Assembly: GCA_919902995.1 (NCBI GenBank)
Contig: CAKKSD010000008.1
Location: 10,922 to 74,921, forward strand
DNA: 64,000 nucleotides
Source of the DNA: Thermodesulfovibrionia bacterium
GTDB taxonomy: Bacteria; Nitrospirota; Thermodesulfovibrionia; JACRGW01
Reading direction: 5' to 3'
The notes beneath the pieces are model-generated. The model saw nothing but the letters and a program-made list of their open reading frames with translations, was not told where the DNA came from and did no database searches. This document shows positions 26,539 to 35,949 of the stretch, one piece after another. Both the position numbers and the translations under genes were made by a program. Position 1 is the stretch's first letter. Every line of letters starts with the position of its first letter.

Positions 26539-27126
26539 TTATTCACCTCTCAGTTTTTTCTCCTCTTTTTCGAGCAGTTCGTGCAGGCGTTCTGCATTCT
26601 TTCTTATGTAGTCTCTGGTTTTGGGATCGAGCGCCCTTACTTTCTCAAGGTTGGCTTTGAATCCTTCAAGGTCAAGTCTTGCAAGGGCATATAATTCTTC
26701 TGTTACAGGGTGTTGCCAGTGGTCAACAATTTCGACATTTGATAGGGTCGATGCAGTAACCGTCTTTATTGCCTGCTCTACATGCTGCTCTTCTGCCGTA
26801 ACCCTGACATCGCCTGCCATTGTGGATGCCATGTAGTCCCTCATTAGAGATGCGGTGTAATACTCAAAGAGTTTCGTTATATCATTCCTTGCCCTGTTTT
26901 CGGCAGTTGCTCTCAGCAGAGAATAGTTCTTTATCCCCATCGCAGAGGCGACTCCATAAAATACCTTTCCCCTTTCACTTGAAAAGGCGCCGCTACCCTT
27001 AATCACCCATTCCGGCGCATTCCATTCTTGAATGGGTGTTGTTTCAGTTATCTTCTTGCTTGCACATCCCGTGCTTAAGACCAATCCCAGCAATAAGACA
27101 ATAAAAAGTCTTACCATCCTTTTCAT
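26539..27126 (-). CDS. LPP20-family lipoprotein
   Basis: Lipobox LVLSTGC. FYGVASAMGIKNYSLLRATAENRARNDI is the LPP20 signature. Confidence 0.5.
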   Translation of the reverse strand: MKRMVRLFIVLLLGLVLSTGCASKKITETTPIQEWNAPEWVIKGSGAFSSERGKVFYGVASAMGIKNYSLLRATAENRARNDITKLFEYYTASLMRDYMASTMAGDVRVTAEEQHVEQAIKTVTASTLSNVEIVDHWQHPVTEELYALARLDLEGFKANLEKVRALDPKTRDYIRKNAERLHELLEKEEKKLRGE

Positions 27127-27224
27127 TTTCGATACCTCCTTCAGTTTAATTTTGATTCTTACTTTTTATTAGACGGACGAGATCTCTCTTTTTAAAATAG
27201 GCAACCGAATGTTCCCCTTATATT

Positions 27225-27671
27225 CTACCTGCCCGGAAAAATTATTCCATCCGTAACCTCTATGTGATGCCCGACAAACTTTCCCCTTACCCTGACTATG
27301 TCATGGCCGTTCAGAAACACTGGTATCTCCCTTGTTGCCACAGGTCTGTAAATATCACGATAACGGTGGTTTTCGGCATATGCAGTAATCACAACCCTGT
27401 AGTTTCCAGGCTGGGGTAAAGAAAAAACCGTATATTGCCCCTGTTTTAGAAAGTCGGTTGAGATTGGATAAGTGATCTTGATCCAGCGGGTTGACCTGTT
27501 TTCAACAAGAACCAATAAGGCAGAGTCCTCACGGGGAACTGATTGGAATTCAACAGGTATATTAAACTGAAGTCCATTACATCCTGCTACCACGAAGATA
27601 CAGAGTGCAGTTAGTATTATACTATTTCTTATCCTGAAATATTTTTTACTCATCTGTTCCTCCCATGACAA
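27225..27671 (-). CDS. putative lipoprotein (148 aa)
   Basis: Signal peptide with lipobox VVAGC. No family recognised. Confidence 0.35.
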   Translation of the reverse strand: MSWEEQMSKKYFRIRNSIILTALCIFVVAGCNGLQFNIPVEFQSVPREDSALLVLVENRSTRWIKITYPISTDFLKQGQYTVFSLPQPGNYRVVITAYAENHRYRDIYRPVATREIPVFLNGHDIVRVRGKFVGHHIEVTDGIIFPGR

Positions 27672-27692
27672 TAACTAAAAACCCTAAAATCC

Positions 27693-28031
27693 TCAGATAC
27701 TCCTCCTGAAAAATATAGATCTAAGAATACTGATAAGAAGTCTAAAAGGTGCGATGAGGATATTGGAGATCAGAGATGCCACCACTGAATCAGCAGCATT
27801 TCTGCCAAAAATCAATCTTGCCATCCATTGAAATAGAAGGAGTGTGAGGGTAACACTTAAAATTAACAAAAGCCAGTTGTCTAATCCTTTTATCTCAGAA
27901 CTGAGAAAGGGCAGAATAATTGCACTCAGAAGAATAACCCCCAAAAGATTAAAGGCAACCCTCAGCCTCATTGCTCCTATCATCAGGAGAAATCCTGTTA
28001 TGAGAATCCCGAGTGTTAAGATCTCGTACAT
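27693..28031 (-). CDS. small integral membrane protein (112 aa)
   Basis: Three predicted hydrophobic helices. Overlaps the radical SAM gene start by 16 nt. Confidence 0.3.
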   Translation of the reverse strand: MYEILTLGILITGFLLMIGAMRLRVAFNLLGVILLSAIILPFLSSEIKGLDNWLLLILSVTLTLLLFQWMARLIFGRNAADSVVASLISNILIAPFRLLISILRSIFFRRSI

Positions 28032-29182
28032 TCTTTTCCTCTCTGTATCTCAGGATAACCTGAGGAAGTTACAATCAATCCAGATTTGTTTGTATAATCC
28101 AATACCTGAATGATTTCTTTTAAGCTGATGCATCGGTTCATTTCTTTGTCCTCTGATGTTACCCTCCATAACGGGAGATATTGCCCCATCGGATGGAAGA
28201 TAACCCGATCCTTTAAATGCTGTGAAAGATATTTAATAAGTGGCCTTTGACAGCAATCCCAGTGCCCTGGCAATATTAAATGACGCACTATTACTGGTGA
28301 AAAAGCATTAGTATTACAGATAGCTTCCAGTGCAGACATAGCGGTCTCTTTGTAATTAGGTGCTTGACTCAGATAAAGGGCACAATTGTTATTAAAATAC
28401 TTAAAATCAAATACCCATATATCTACCAATCCCCATAAAAGCATATATAACGCAGGAGACGAATATCCGTTTGTATGCCATACTATAGGCAGATGGGATG
28501 CCCAGTCAGGTGATTGCTCCAGAAAATCCAAGACACTTAAAAGTGACTGATCAGGGTTCCCGCCTAAAAAGGAAATATTACTGAACTCCTCCTGATGATA
28601 CTCATTCTTTAGAACATCCCAGAGGGCAGGAGTAAATGGTTTGACTCTAACATCTTCCGGGTTTATCAATTCTCCTTTCTGGCAGAATTTGCATCTCATG
28701 TTACACCCTGTAAGCTCTATGACGAGAGTCCTGCCTATCTCTTCCTCTTCTCCCACATGTATAAAATGTTGATGATAAAAAGAAGGACTTCCCATCGGAC
28801 ATTCACCCATAATTGCCCTTTTCCCTTTACACCTATACCCACATAGGCAACATCGTTTTAGAAATCTTTTCAAGAGGGTTCTTTTAAGTTCAAAGAGGCT
28901 ATAGCCATAATCATTCTTTTTGCCTTCACCTGATAAGGCTTCCTTCACCTTCTCATTATGAACAGCAAGGAGTCTCTTATGTCCTCCGTGCAGGGATAAC
29001 GGAATTCTATAATCCCTTAGGAGCTTGTATCTTGGCGACAACTCAGGGTAATACCTTGAGCATTGGTTTTCAGGTAATTTGATGCCAAGGCGTTTTAAGA
29101 CTGTAATCTCTAATGGTGATGGGTCCTCAACTATCGCTGTTCCATCTCTCTCTATAAAAAGTCTAACTTCTTGTTTTGGCAT
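28016..29182 (-). CDS. radical SAM protein (activating-enzyme-like) with an additional Cys cluster
   Basis: CNMRCKFCQ (CxxxCxxC) preceded by CCLCGYRCKGKRAIMGECPMG. 388 aa. Confidence 0.6.
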   Translation of the reverse strand: MPKQEVRLFIERDGTAIVEDPSPLEITVLKRLGIKLPENQCSRYYPELSPRYKLLRDYRIPLSLHGGHKRLLAVHNEKVKEALSGEGKKNDYGYSLFELKRTLLKRFLKRCCLCGYRCKGKRAIMGECPMGSPSFYHQHFIHVGEEEEIGRTLVIELTGCNMRCKFCQKGELINPEDVRVKPFTPALWDVLKNEYHQEEFSNISFLGGNPDQSLLSVLDFLEQSPDWASHLPIVWHTNGYSSPALYMLLWGLVDIWVFDFKYFNNNCALYLSQAPNYKETAMSALEAICNTNAFSPVIVRHLILPGHWDCCQRPLIKYLSQHLKDRVIFHPMGQYLPLWRVTSEDKEMNRCISLKEIIQVLDYTNKSGLIVTSSGYPEIQRGKECTRS

Positions 29183-29194
29183 AGATATATACCT

Positions 29195-29998
29195 TCATTT
29201 TTTTATTTGAATGACATCCTGTTTCTTCTTAATCTGATGTCCTGAATTCCTGTTTCTATTTGGCTCCTTTAGTTTTTGAGAAATCAACTGGTGAATCAGG
29301 TCGCACTTCGGTCTTCTGGACTTCCTTGTGTCAACGTGTACTACAGCACTCTCTTTATCAATCTTAATTTCTATATTGTTCTTTTCTTTATCATTGGCAG
29401 TAATCACATTGCTCTTACCTTTTTCCTCAACTGTAACTTTTAACCCCATTTCCTCCAGCACCAGTGAGATCTCCTGTGTGGCAAATCCCTGGATAGAGGA
29501 CTGAATCAGGTCATTGCTTTCCGAAATAAGGCCTATACCATCAGAAGAATTAACTACAAACAGCCTCTCAGAGGTCAATGGATTAAAGGCAACGGACAGA
29601 CCCAAATCAGGAGTGGTGACCTCAGGATTAAGCTTAAAACCCTGTCCTTCAAGCATATGTGCGAGGCCATCGAAATTAGAAATAGGCGTATAAGCCATCT
29701 TGAGGTTTTCAACAGGGTATTTCCCCTCTTTGCATAACTTGTACACCTCTTTACAACCCTTTACTGTGCCGGCGCCTATCTCCCAGCAGACGGCTCCAGC
29801 GGCTTTAGCTGTTATAGCAATTACTCCTGCTGCAACAGCGCATGTCCCAGCAACAACATCTGACAAACCTGAGTCAGTAAAAACATCTGATAAACTTGTG
29901 GGTGTTGTAGAAACTGGAACCTGTTTTGACTCTGACATATAAAACCCTCCTATTTCTCCGGTGGCAACCCGGCTGGTTTGCAGTATGCCCTTGCCCAA
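29195..29998 (-). CDS. hypothetical protein with Gly/Ala/Cys-rich segment
   Basis: VAGTCAVAAGVIAITAKAAGAVCWEIGAGTVKGCKEVYKLCKEG is encoded by a locally GC-rich patch (about 29750-29900). Confidence 0.35.
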   Translation of the reverse strand: MGKGILQTSRVATGEIGGFYMSESKQVPVSTTPTSLSDVFTDSGLSDVVAGTCAVAAGVIAITAKAAGAVCWEIGAGTVKGCKEVYKLCKEGKYPVENLKMAYTPISNFDGLAHMLEGQGFKLNPEVTTPDLGLSVAFNPLTSERLFVVNSSDGIGLISESNDLIQSSIQGFATQEISLVLEEMGLKVTVEEKGKSNVITANDKEKNNIEIKIDKESAVVHVDTRKSRRPKCDLIHQLISQKLKEPNRNRNSGHQIKKKQDVIQIKK

Positions 29999-31476
29999 TT
30001 CCTTAATGGGTCATACTGGGCCTTCATGGTCTCAACTCTCCCTCTGTTTTCATCCACCAATTCCATAAGTCTATTTTTGAATTGCTCGCTATCAGGGCTA
30101 TACTTGTAATGCCTGGATTCAACGATAACCTCATTTATCAGCCACACAAGGTCTGCACCGCTAAAATAACAGGTCTTTTCTGATAGTTCCTTTATCAGGT
30201 TCTCCGGGACATTTACACCTTTTCTTTCAAAGTTCGCCTTAGAGATTTTATGCCTTGCCTCATAACACGGCTCTCCAACCCAGTAAATTTGAGAGAACCT
30301 GCCCTTCCTGGTGAGTGCAAGGCCATGCTGGGGATCAAGGTTATTTGCAGATGCAAGCAAAAATATTGGCGCATTTGTATCGTTCAACCAGGTAAACAAT
30401 ATCCCCATAGCCCTCGTCATGGTGCCACCATCCATTTCGTGTCCGCTACTTACAGCCTTTTCAAACTCATCCATGTAAAAGACGCATGGGGCAAAGGTTT
30501 CAAGAACCTTGCAGAGGTTGTACATATTCTTTTCCGTTTGTCCCACCAGAGAGTTCATAATAGAACTGATATTAAATGAGATGGCAGGATAACCAAGTTG
30601 ATAACCGAGATATTTTGCCAGAAGACTCTTCCCTGAACCCGGTGTTCCGATAAGGAGCCAGCCCTTTTCCCTATCCTGTCCCTCTGCACAGATTAGGTGA
30701 CTGTGAACCTTAAGATCCTCCATGAGGAAATCTAAGCCATAGGGTATATCATCACTGGTGGGTTTCAGGATACTCATCCCCAATGTATGTGCAAGGATTT
30801 CCTCCTTCTGACGATTAAGATAATCAAGGAGTCCCTTTTGTATGTCCATATTATCCTTGCACCTATCCAGTGCGATTCTTAGCATCTGTTGTGACCCTGT
30901 ATAGGTCAATCCCAGAAGTGCAGAGGATAGTTCTGCCTCCTTATCACTTAGCTCTATCTTTGCCTGAAGCATCTCCCTTCTTACCATCGGGATTAGTTCC
31001 TCCCTTGAAGGATAAAGCTCTGTCACTGAGCTGATGTATGGGGCTACAATATTAGGATATTGAGTTCCCAGTGGTTCCAGAAACACTAAGAACTTCCTGG
31101 TAGCCTTTGGACTCAGAAGGAACTGGGGTATAAAGCACCTTACCGATGGTTGACCGTCTCTATCATCGAGCCTCTGGGCAATATCCCAGAATATAAAAAC
31201 AGCCAGGGTATTGCGGCTCTTTTCAACCGTCTCAAGAGATTTCTCAATAGAGAGTTCCTGTGGTTGTCCCCAATCTGCCCTGTCCCAGAAGTATTCTGTG
31301 ATTCTGTCAGGTCTTACCATGTAAAGGGCAGGCTTCTCTTCACTGTTCATAAGCATGATCATATCAACGATCTCATGGGTGGTGTGGACAAGGTCTGGTG
31401 TCTCTATTTTTATAGCCCCATTTTCACCGTTTGTCCTGATACGGGTAAATACATCTTGGATTTTACTTGGTATCAT
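29950..31476 (-). CDS. AAA+ ATPase (classic clade) with large N-terminal domain
   Basis: Walker A GTPGSGKS, Walker B VFYMDEFEK, second region of homology ASANNLDPQHGLALTRKGRF. 508 aa. Confidence 0.7.
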   Translation of the reverse strand: MIPSKIQDVFTRIRTNGENGAIKIETPDLVHTTHEIVDMIMLMNSEEKPALYMVRPDRITEYFWDRADWGQPQELSIEKSLETVEKSRNTLAVFIFWDIAQRLDDRDGQPSVRCFIPQFLLSPKATRKFLVFLEPLGTQYPNIVAPYISSVTELYPSREELIPMVRREMLQAKIELSDKEAELSSALLGLTYTGSQQMLRIALDRCKDNMDIQKGLLDYLNRQKEEILAHTLGMSILKPTSDDIPYGLDFLMEDLKVHSHLICAEGQDREKGWLLIGTPGSGKSLLAKYLGYQLGYPAISFNISSIMNSLVGQTEKNMYNLCKVLETFAPCVFYMDEFEKAVSSGHEMDGGTMTRAMGILFTWLNDTNAPIFLLASANNLDPQHGLALTRKGRFSQIYWVGEPCYEARHKISKANFERKGVNVPENLIKELSEKTCYFSGADLVWLINEVIVESRHYKYSPDSEQFKNRLMELVDENRGRVETMKAQYDPLRNWARAYCKPAGLPPEK

Positions 31477-31482
31477 ATCTTC

Positions 31483-32151
31483 CTATTCCTCCTCTTTGAA
31501 GATGATTTGAGTCACCTTCGCTGTCTTTAATTCCTCAGGGAGTTTTACCGTAATTTTTAGTCCCTTTTCATTCAGAACCTTTCCCCACTCACGCCATTCC
31601 TTATAGGGTACATAGAAGGCATAGGTTTCAACACCTTTTAATCCATCCCATGGGAAATCAGAAGGCGGTGGAACAACCTCTATATCCTGAGGGAAATAAT
31701 CAGGCATGGAGTGTTTCATATCAGAGAAGACGAGTAAAACCTTTTTCCGGGATTTTGCCTTTCCTAAGAAGTATAATGCCTTATTTACAGCATCCGTTAG
31801 ATTTGTAAACATAGCTGTTTCGTTTCTGAGTCTATTTGAGAGGTCATCATAAGCCCTCTGGAGGTCTCTTGATAATCCACTGTATATAATAGTTGCCTTA
31901 GTATCTATCATGACAAGACTCACTTCAGCCTCAGGATATTTTGCAGCCACATGCTGGAAGACACCTTTGACCTGAACAAGGGTATCCTCGATGAATGGTT
32001 TATATGAGATGGAGTTGTCAAAGAGGATTACCACCTGGATGTCCTGAAGGGATTCGTCCTGCGCCATTATTGCCTTAGCCTTCTTAAGCCTTTCACTATC
32101 ACATGCTGTTAGGCTTAACAAGATTGTTCCTAAAATCAATATTTTTCTCAC
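31483..32151 (-). CDS. vWA-domain lipoprotein
   Basis: Lipobox LSLTAC and MIDAS-like DNSIS (VVILFDNSISY). Confidence 0.5.
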   Translation of the reverse strand: MRKILILGTILLSLTACDSERLKKAKAIMAQDESLQDIQVVILFDNSISYKPFIEDTLVQVKGVFQHVAAKYPEAEVSLVMIDTKATIIYSGLSRDLQRAYDDLSNRLRNETAMFTNLTDAVNKALYFLGKAKSRKKVLLVFSDMKHSMPDYFPQDIEVVPPPSDFPWDGLKGVETYAFYVPYKEWREWGKVLNEKGLKITVKLPEELKTAKVTQIIFKEEE

Positions 32152-33251
32152 CTTAACACCTCCATGTGGTTATTCATCTTCTCATAAAACTCTCTTGTAT
32201 AAATCAGGTACAAAATCTCACCGGTTTCTGGGTCACGCCTCTCTTCTACAACATAGAGGTCAGGATATTGCCTTGCTATATTGGGTGTTATAGTATCACC
32301 ACCACCGATAACTCTCACAGGCTGGTCAGTCAGAGAGAGAGGCTCAGCCTCTATTCCTTGATCAAGTGTTTCTGTTGCCGGGGTCGCATAGTTTTCTGAA
32401 TTCATGTTACCTTTCTCTCTTGGCGGAGTACCCTCTATTACAGGTGTTGGAGTTAAACCTGCCTGTCTCGAAGCTTCCATAAGAGTGGATTCCTGTTGGC
32501 GATTCCAGAACCTTCTGATACTTTGGGATAGCCCCGATAATCGCTCACTGCCTCTACCAATAACCTCCTCAATTCTGTCCTCAATTTTACTAAGATTAGT
32601 CATTACATGCAGGAAAAACACCTCCGTTAAGAGTGAAGCTATTATATGAAAGATTAATAGTACAAATGGAAAAATGATTACTATTTTTCTATAAAACTCC
32701 CCTTCATGTCTCTTTAGGATGATATTAAAATCTGGAGTTGTTTGTTGTATTACCTTTATAGCATCCCCCTGTAGAACTTTCTGGAAGTCCATAGGCCAAA
32801 AGTACTTTGCCATTTGCATCTGAGTCACAGGTATCATCCACAGGTTGAATAAACCACCATAGAGGAGTAAAGCTATAACGGTTGTTATTATTAAAGGCTG
32901 TAACAATGAAATAACTTCAGTTTGATTTCGGTTCAAAATGAGCCTTTGTGTGGTTCCTATAACTCCTATAAGGCTATAAATAATATAGAAGGTTCCTATA
33001 AACATTAACATAGTTGTTGCAAAACCAAATACCATACCAGGGCTTATATACCCGGATGGAATTCCTAAAAATGTCAGTAATGCTTCAATCTCCTTAGGGA
33101 ACTTCACATTAGGAAGTGCCAATTTTGCACCACTAGCCTCAATATGCATGGTGGAGATAATTACTGACAAATCCACAATGACCACAAAGAATAAAAATCC
33201 CAGAAATCTTAGTGTGGAAATAATATTGTTGATATTGATTCTTTCTGGCAT
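32148..33251 (-). CDS. polytopic membrane protein with C-terminal soluble domain
   Basis: Multiple hydrophobic helices and a hydrophilic 100-aa tail. Overlaps the vWA gene start. Confidence 0.4.
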   Translation of the reverse strand: MPERININNIISTLRFLGFLFFVVIVDLSVIISTMHIEASGAKLALPNVKFPKEIEALLTFLGIPSGYISPGMVFGFATTMLMFIGTFYIIYSLIGVIGTTQRLILNRNQTEVISLLQPLIITTVIALLLYGGLFNLWMIPVTQMQMAKYFWPMDFQKVLQGDAIKVIQQTTPDFNIILKRHEGEFYRKIVIIFPFVLLIFHIIASLLTEVFFLHVMTNLSKIEDRIEEVIGRGSERLSGLSQSIRRFWNRQQESTLMEASRQAGLTPTPVIEGTPPREKGNMNSENYATPATETLDQGIEAEPLSLTDQPVRVIGGGDTITPNIARQYPDLYVVEERRDPETGEILYLIYTREFYEKMNNHMEVLR

Positions 33252-33450
33252 TATACTTTACCTCCTTTCCTCTTTTGCTACATCATCATATGGTACAGCC
33301 AGATACCATGGTATGAAAAAAACACTTTTGATAACTGCTACCAGTGCAATTAATGCTAAAAATATTATTAAAACCTCTATGACCATCTTTTATCCTCCAT
33401 TTTTATAAATTTCAATTTTTAATTGGCAAACCTTTGTTCCAATTTAAACA

Positions 33451-33999
33451 TCAAATAACCTCATCTATTAACCCAAACTCCTTTGCCTCTTCTGATGTCA
33501 TTTCTTTCGCCTCTCTGCATGCCTTTATAACTTCTTCCATTGTCCTACCTGTCCTTTCAGTAAGAATCTTATAAATAGATTGTTGGTCTCTTTTAGTATC
33601 GTGCAGGGTTTTCTCTAAATTCTCCTCAAATTCATGCCATTCCTTAGTTGTCTTTATGTTATGTAAGACTATCTGGCTATGTCTAAGTGCCTTTCTCGTC
33701 TTGCAGGCCTGGAGGACAATTGATGCCATAGAGTTTGCGCACCTGAACACTATCCCTGTAATAGGAGCCTTTGAGTGCCTCACGATATCGTAGAGGTCTA
33801 AGCCTGCTGTCACAGTCCCCCCGGCACTATTTATATAAAGGATTATCTCACTTGAATCGTCCTGGGCATTCAGCCATAAGATAGATGAACCAATCCATTT
33901 AGCCATCTCATGGGTAACTTCTCCCTCTATATAGAGGGTTCTCTTTTTAAGAAGGTCATCCAGGAATTTTTCCCGGTTCATATCATTTACTTGGCACAT
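33451..33999 (-). CDS. ClpP-family (S14) peptidase-like protein
   Basis: ILYINSAGGTVTAGLDLYDIV / CANSMASIVL / IVLHNI align with ClpP LYINSPGGVITAG / GQAASMG / VMIHQP (Ser and His present). The Asp position is not obviously conserved. Confidence 0.65.
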   Translation of the reverse strand: MCQVNDMNREKFLDDLLKKRTLYIEGEVTHEMAKWIGSSILWLNAQDDSSEIILYINSAGGTVTAGLDLYDIVRHSKAPITGIVFRCANSMASIVLQACKTRKALRHSQIVLHNIKTTKEWHEFEENLEKTLHDTKRDQQSIYKILTERTGRTMEEVIKACREAKEMTSEEAKEFGLIDEVI

Positions 34000-34002
34000 T
34001 TT

Positions 34003-34344
34003 CTACTCCTTTGGTTTCCACCTTTGATTTATTCTGAATATCTCTTTACCAATATGGGAAGATAAAGCCTGACAGCATTCATTCTCAAGAACATCTTTTG
34101 TCTCTTTATACTCTAACTCCATAGCCTTTTCACCGCATTCAGTAAGCGTCTCTTTTGCCCTGTCTACAATTTTGAATGTCGGAGGGGTCTGTATGCTCCC
34201 ATCTTTGGCAAAGAACCAGATTACATTAATCCAAGACTCGATCCTCTTAGCCCACTCTCTCTCAAACCTTTCAGGATCTTCCTGAGCAAGCCTTGCTAAG
34301 AACTTCCTGCGTCTTTCTTTCCTTCTTGTTGTTGCTTTACCCAT
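34003..34344 (-). CDS. hypothetical protein with basic N-terminus (113 aa), first gene of the operon
   Basis: ORF only. The MGKATTRRKERRRK tail suggests nucleic-acid binding. Confidence 0.3.
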   Translation of the reverse strand: MGKATTRRKERRRKFLARLAQEDPERFEREWAKRIESWINVIWFFAKDGSIQTPPTFKIVDRAKETLTECGEKAMELEYKETKDVLENECCQALSSHIGKEIFRINQRWKPKE

Positions 34345-34510
34345 ATTTTCTTTTTCCTTTAAATAAACACTTTTGGTGTTTATTCCTGCCTATTCGGTTA
34401 GCCCTTTCGGCTTATTTATAATTTCTATCTTGCTATACCTTTAGCATAGTCCTTCGCATATTAAAATCCTGCACATATCCGTTTTATATCTTTCTTAATT
34501 CTTTCCCCTT

Positions 34511-34857
34511 TTAGGCTATCTCCTCGCCAGCGGAAAGAACGAGATCGAGACCTTCTTCCAGCGCACTTGCTATCTCATTCAGGTCTGTAGCTCCACGTTT
34601 CTTAAAGCGGACTTTAATGTCCAAGGTTTCGCTGGCAATTATTGCCCGTTCATTTTCTATGGTAATTTCACCCTTCATTTCTTTTATCACCCTCTTTCTT
34701 AATGAGTCGTGATATTTACTGTTGGATACATCCAGATTATCGATTTATACTTAACCATTGTTATTGACATATCCCGAATCTCATCTTCAGTGCCGAACAT
34801 TGTGAAATAGTCTATTGTAAGTTTTTCGTTATATGCCGCCATTGTTTCCTCCTCTTG
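34511..34857 (-). other. GC-rich patch with two short coupled ORFs (48 aa and 55 aa), possible degraded TA or acquired module
   Basis: MAAYNEKLTIDYFTMFGTEDEIRDMSITMVKYKSIIWMYPTVNITTH and MKGEITIENERAIIASETLDIKVRFKKRGATDLNEIASALEEGLDLVLSAGEEIA. An SD precedes the second ORF. Confidence 0.2.
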
Positions 34858-35067
34858 AATATAGTTTCATAAATAACGATGAAAAAATAAAAATTACATA
34901 ATGGTTCGAAAAAGATACTCAGGCTGATAAGCTGTCGCTGAATCTTTTGGGGTATTGAATTTCTCTACATGTATCCTCATGATTGCAGGATACGAGAAAT
35001 TCTGGAGGAATACTATTACAGGATTATCCGAAGATTATCTTTGAGAACTTTAAGATTAGGATAGGTT

Positions 35068-35949
35068 TTATTTGTTCTTCTGGGGAGATTTGAAATTTAA
35101 TGCCTTTTCTATCAAGTCTAATCTTTCTTCTATATCTTTTTTAAATTTTTCAAATTGCGATTTGGTAACATATGGGTTTTTGGGAATCCTTGGGTCTGAG
35201 AGAGGAACTACCGAACCTATTACCAGTTTAAGCTGCCCTTTTGCACAGCTCTCTTTAGTTAAAATACCCCAAGTATTCCAGTCGGTTCCTTCACGGGCAT
35301 TATTATTAATCATGTTATGTGCCTTATTTAATTGATCTGAGGCGAGTGCAACACTAACAGGTCTATTTGGTGAGGATATACAATCCTGAATAGCCTGTTT
35401 TGCAGTTATCGGGATATTAATACCAAAAGATTTCTCTCCCATGGAAAGAGTTATAGTCTCCATTCCATCGTATTCTAAGTGCCAGCCCTTATTTTCACAA
35501 TCCTCAATAACAGCTCGAGAAAGATTTTTCAGTTTTCCTTGAGTGTCTGTAGAAGAGAGTTCCTTTTTGACAACATAGTGAATAACATTGCGTTTATGTC
35601 CTAAACTAATTTTAGTTCCAGTTTTAGTAACGCGGGTTAATACAATAACTTTTAGCTCTGGTCTGTTCTTTATTAAGTCTTTTGCGATTTCATCTCCCTG
35701 TTTTTTCTGCCGAGTAAATTCAATATCAAGTAATACTAATTTAATATTGTTATCCTTCTTCGCAGCATCGATTCCTTCTTCACCAAGAGTTTCAAATACT
35801 ACTTCGTAAGGAGTCAACTTATAAATGCCTTCAAGAATTTGTTTTAAGGTTGTATTTACAGAAGTATCAATTATTTGATCGGGGGTATCATCAATGCATA
35901 ATATTTTAGTTTTAGCCATTGCTATCTTCTCCCTTGATTTTGTTTTCAA
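35068..35949 (-). CDS. receiver (REC)-like domain protein with unknown C-terminal domain
   Basis: KILCIDDTPD...KLVLLDIEF...KVIVLT shows the Asp, Asp, Thr, Lys spacing of a CheY-like fold. Confidence 0.4.
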   Translation of the reverse strand: MKTKSREKIAMAKTKILCIDDTPDQIIDTSVNTTLKQILEGIYKLTPYEVVFETLGEEGIDAAKKDNNIKLVLLDIEFTRQKKQGDEIAKDLIKNRPELKVIVLTRVTKTGTKISLGHKRNVIHYVVKKELSSTDTQGKLKNLSRAVIEDCENKGWHLEYDGMETITLSMGEKSFGINIPITAKQAIQDCISSPNRPVSVALASDQLNKAHNMINNNAREGTDWNTWGILTKESCAKGQLKLVIGSVVPLSDPRIPKNPYVTKSQFEKFKKDIEERLDLIEKALNFKSPQKNK

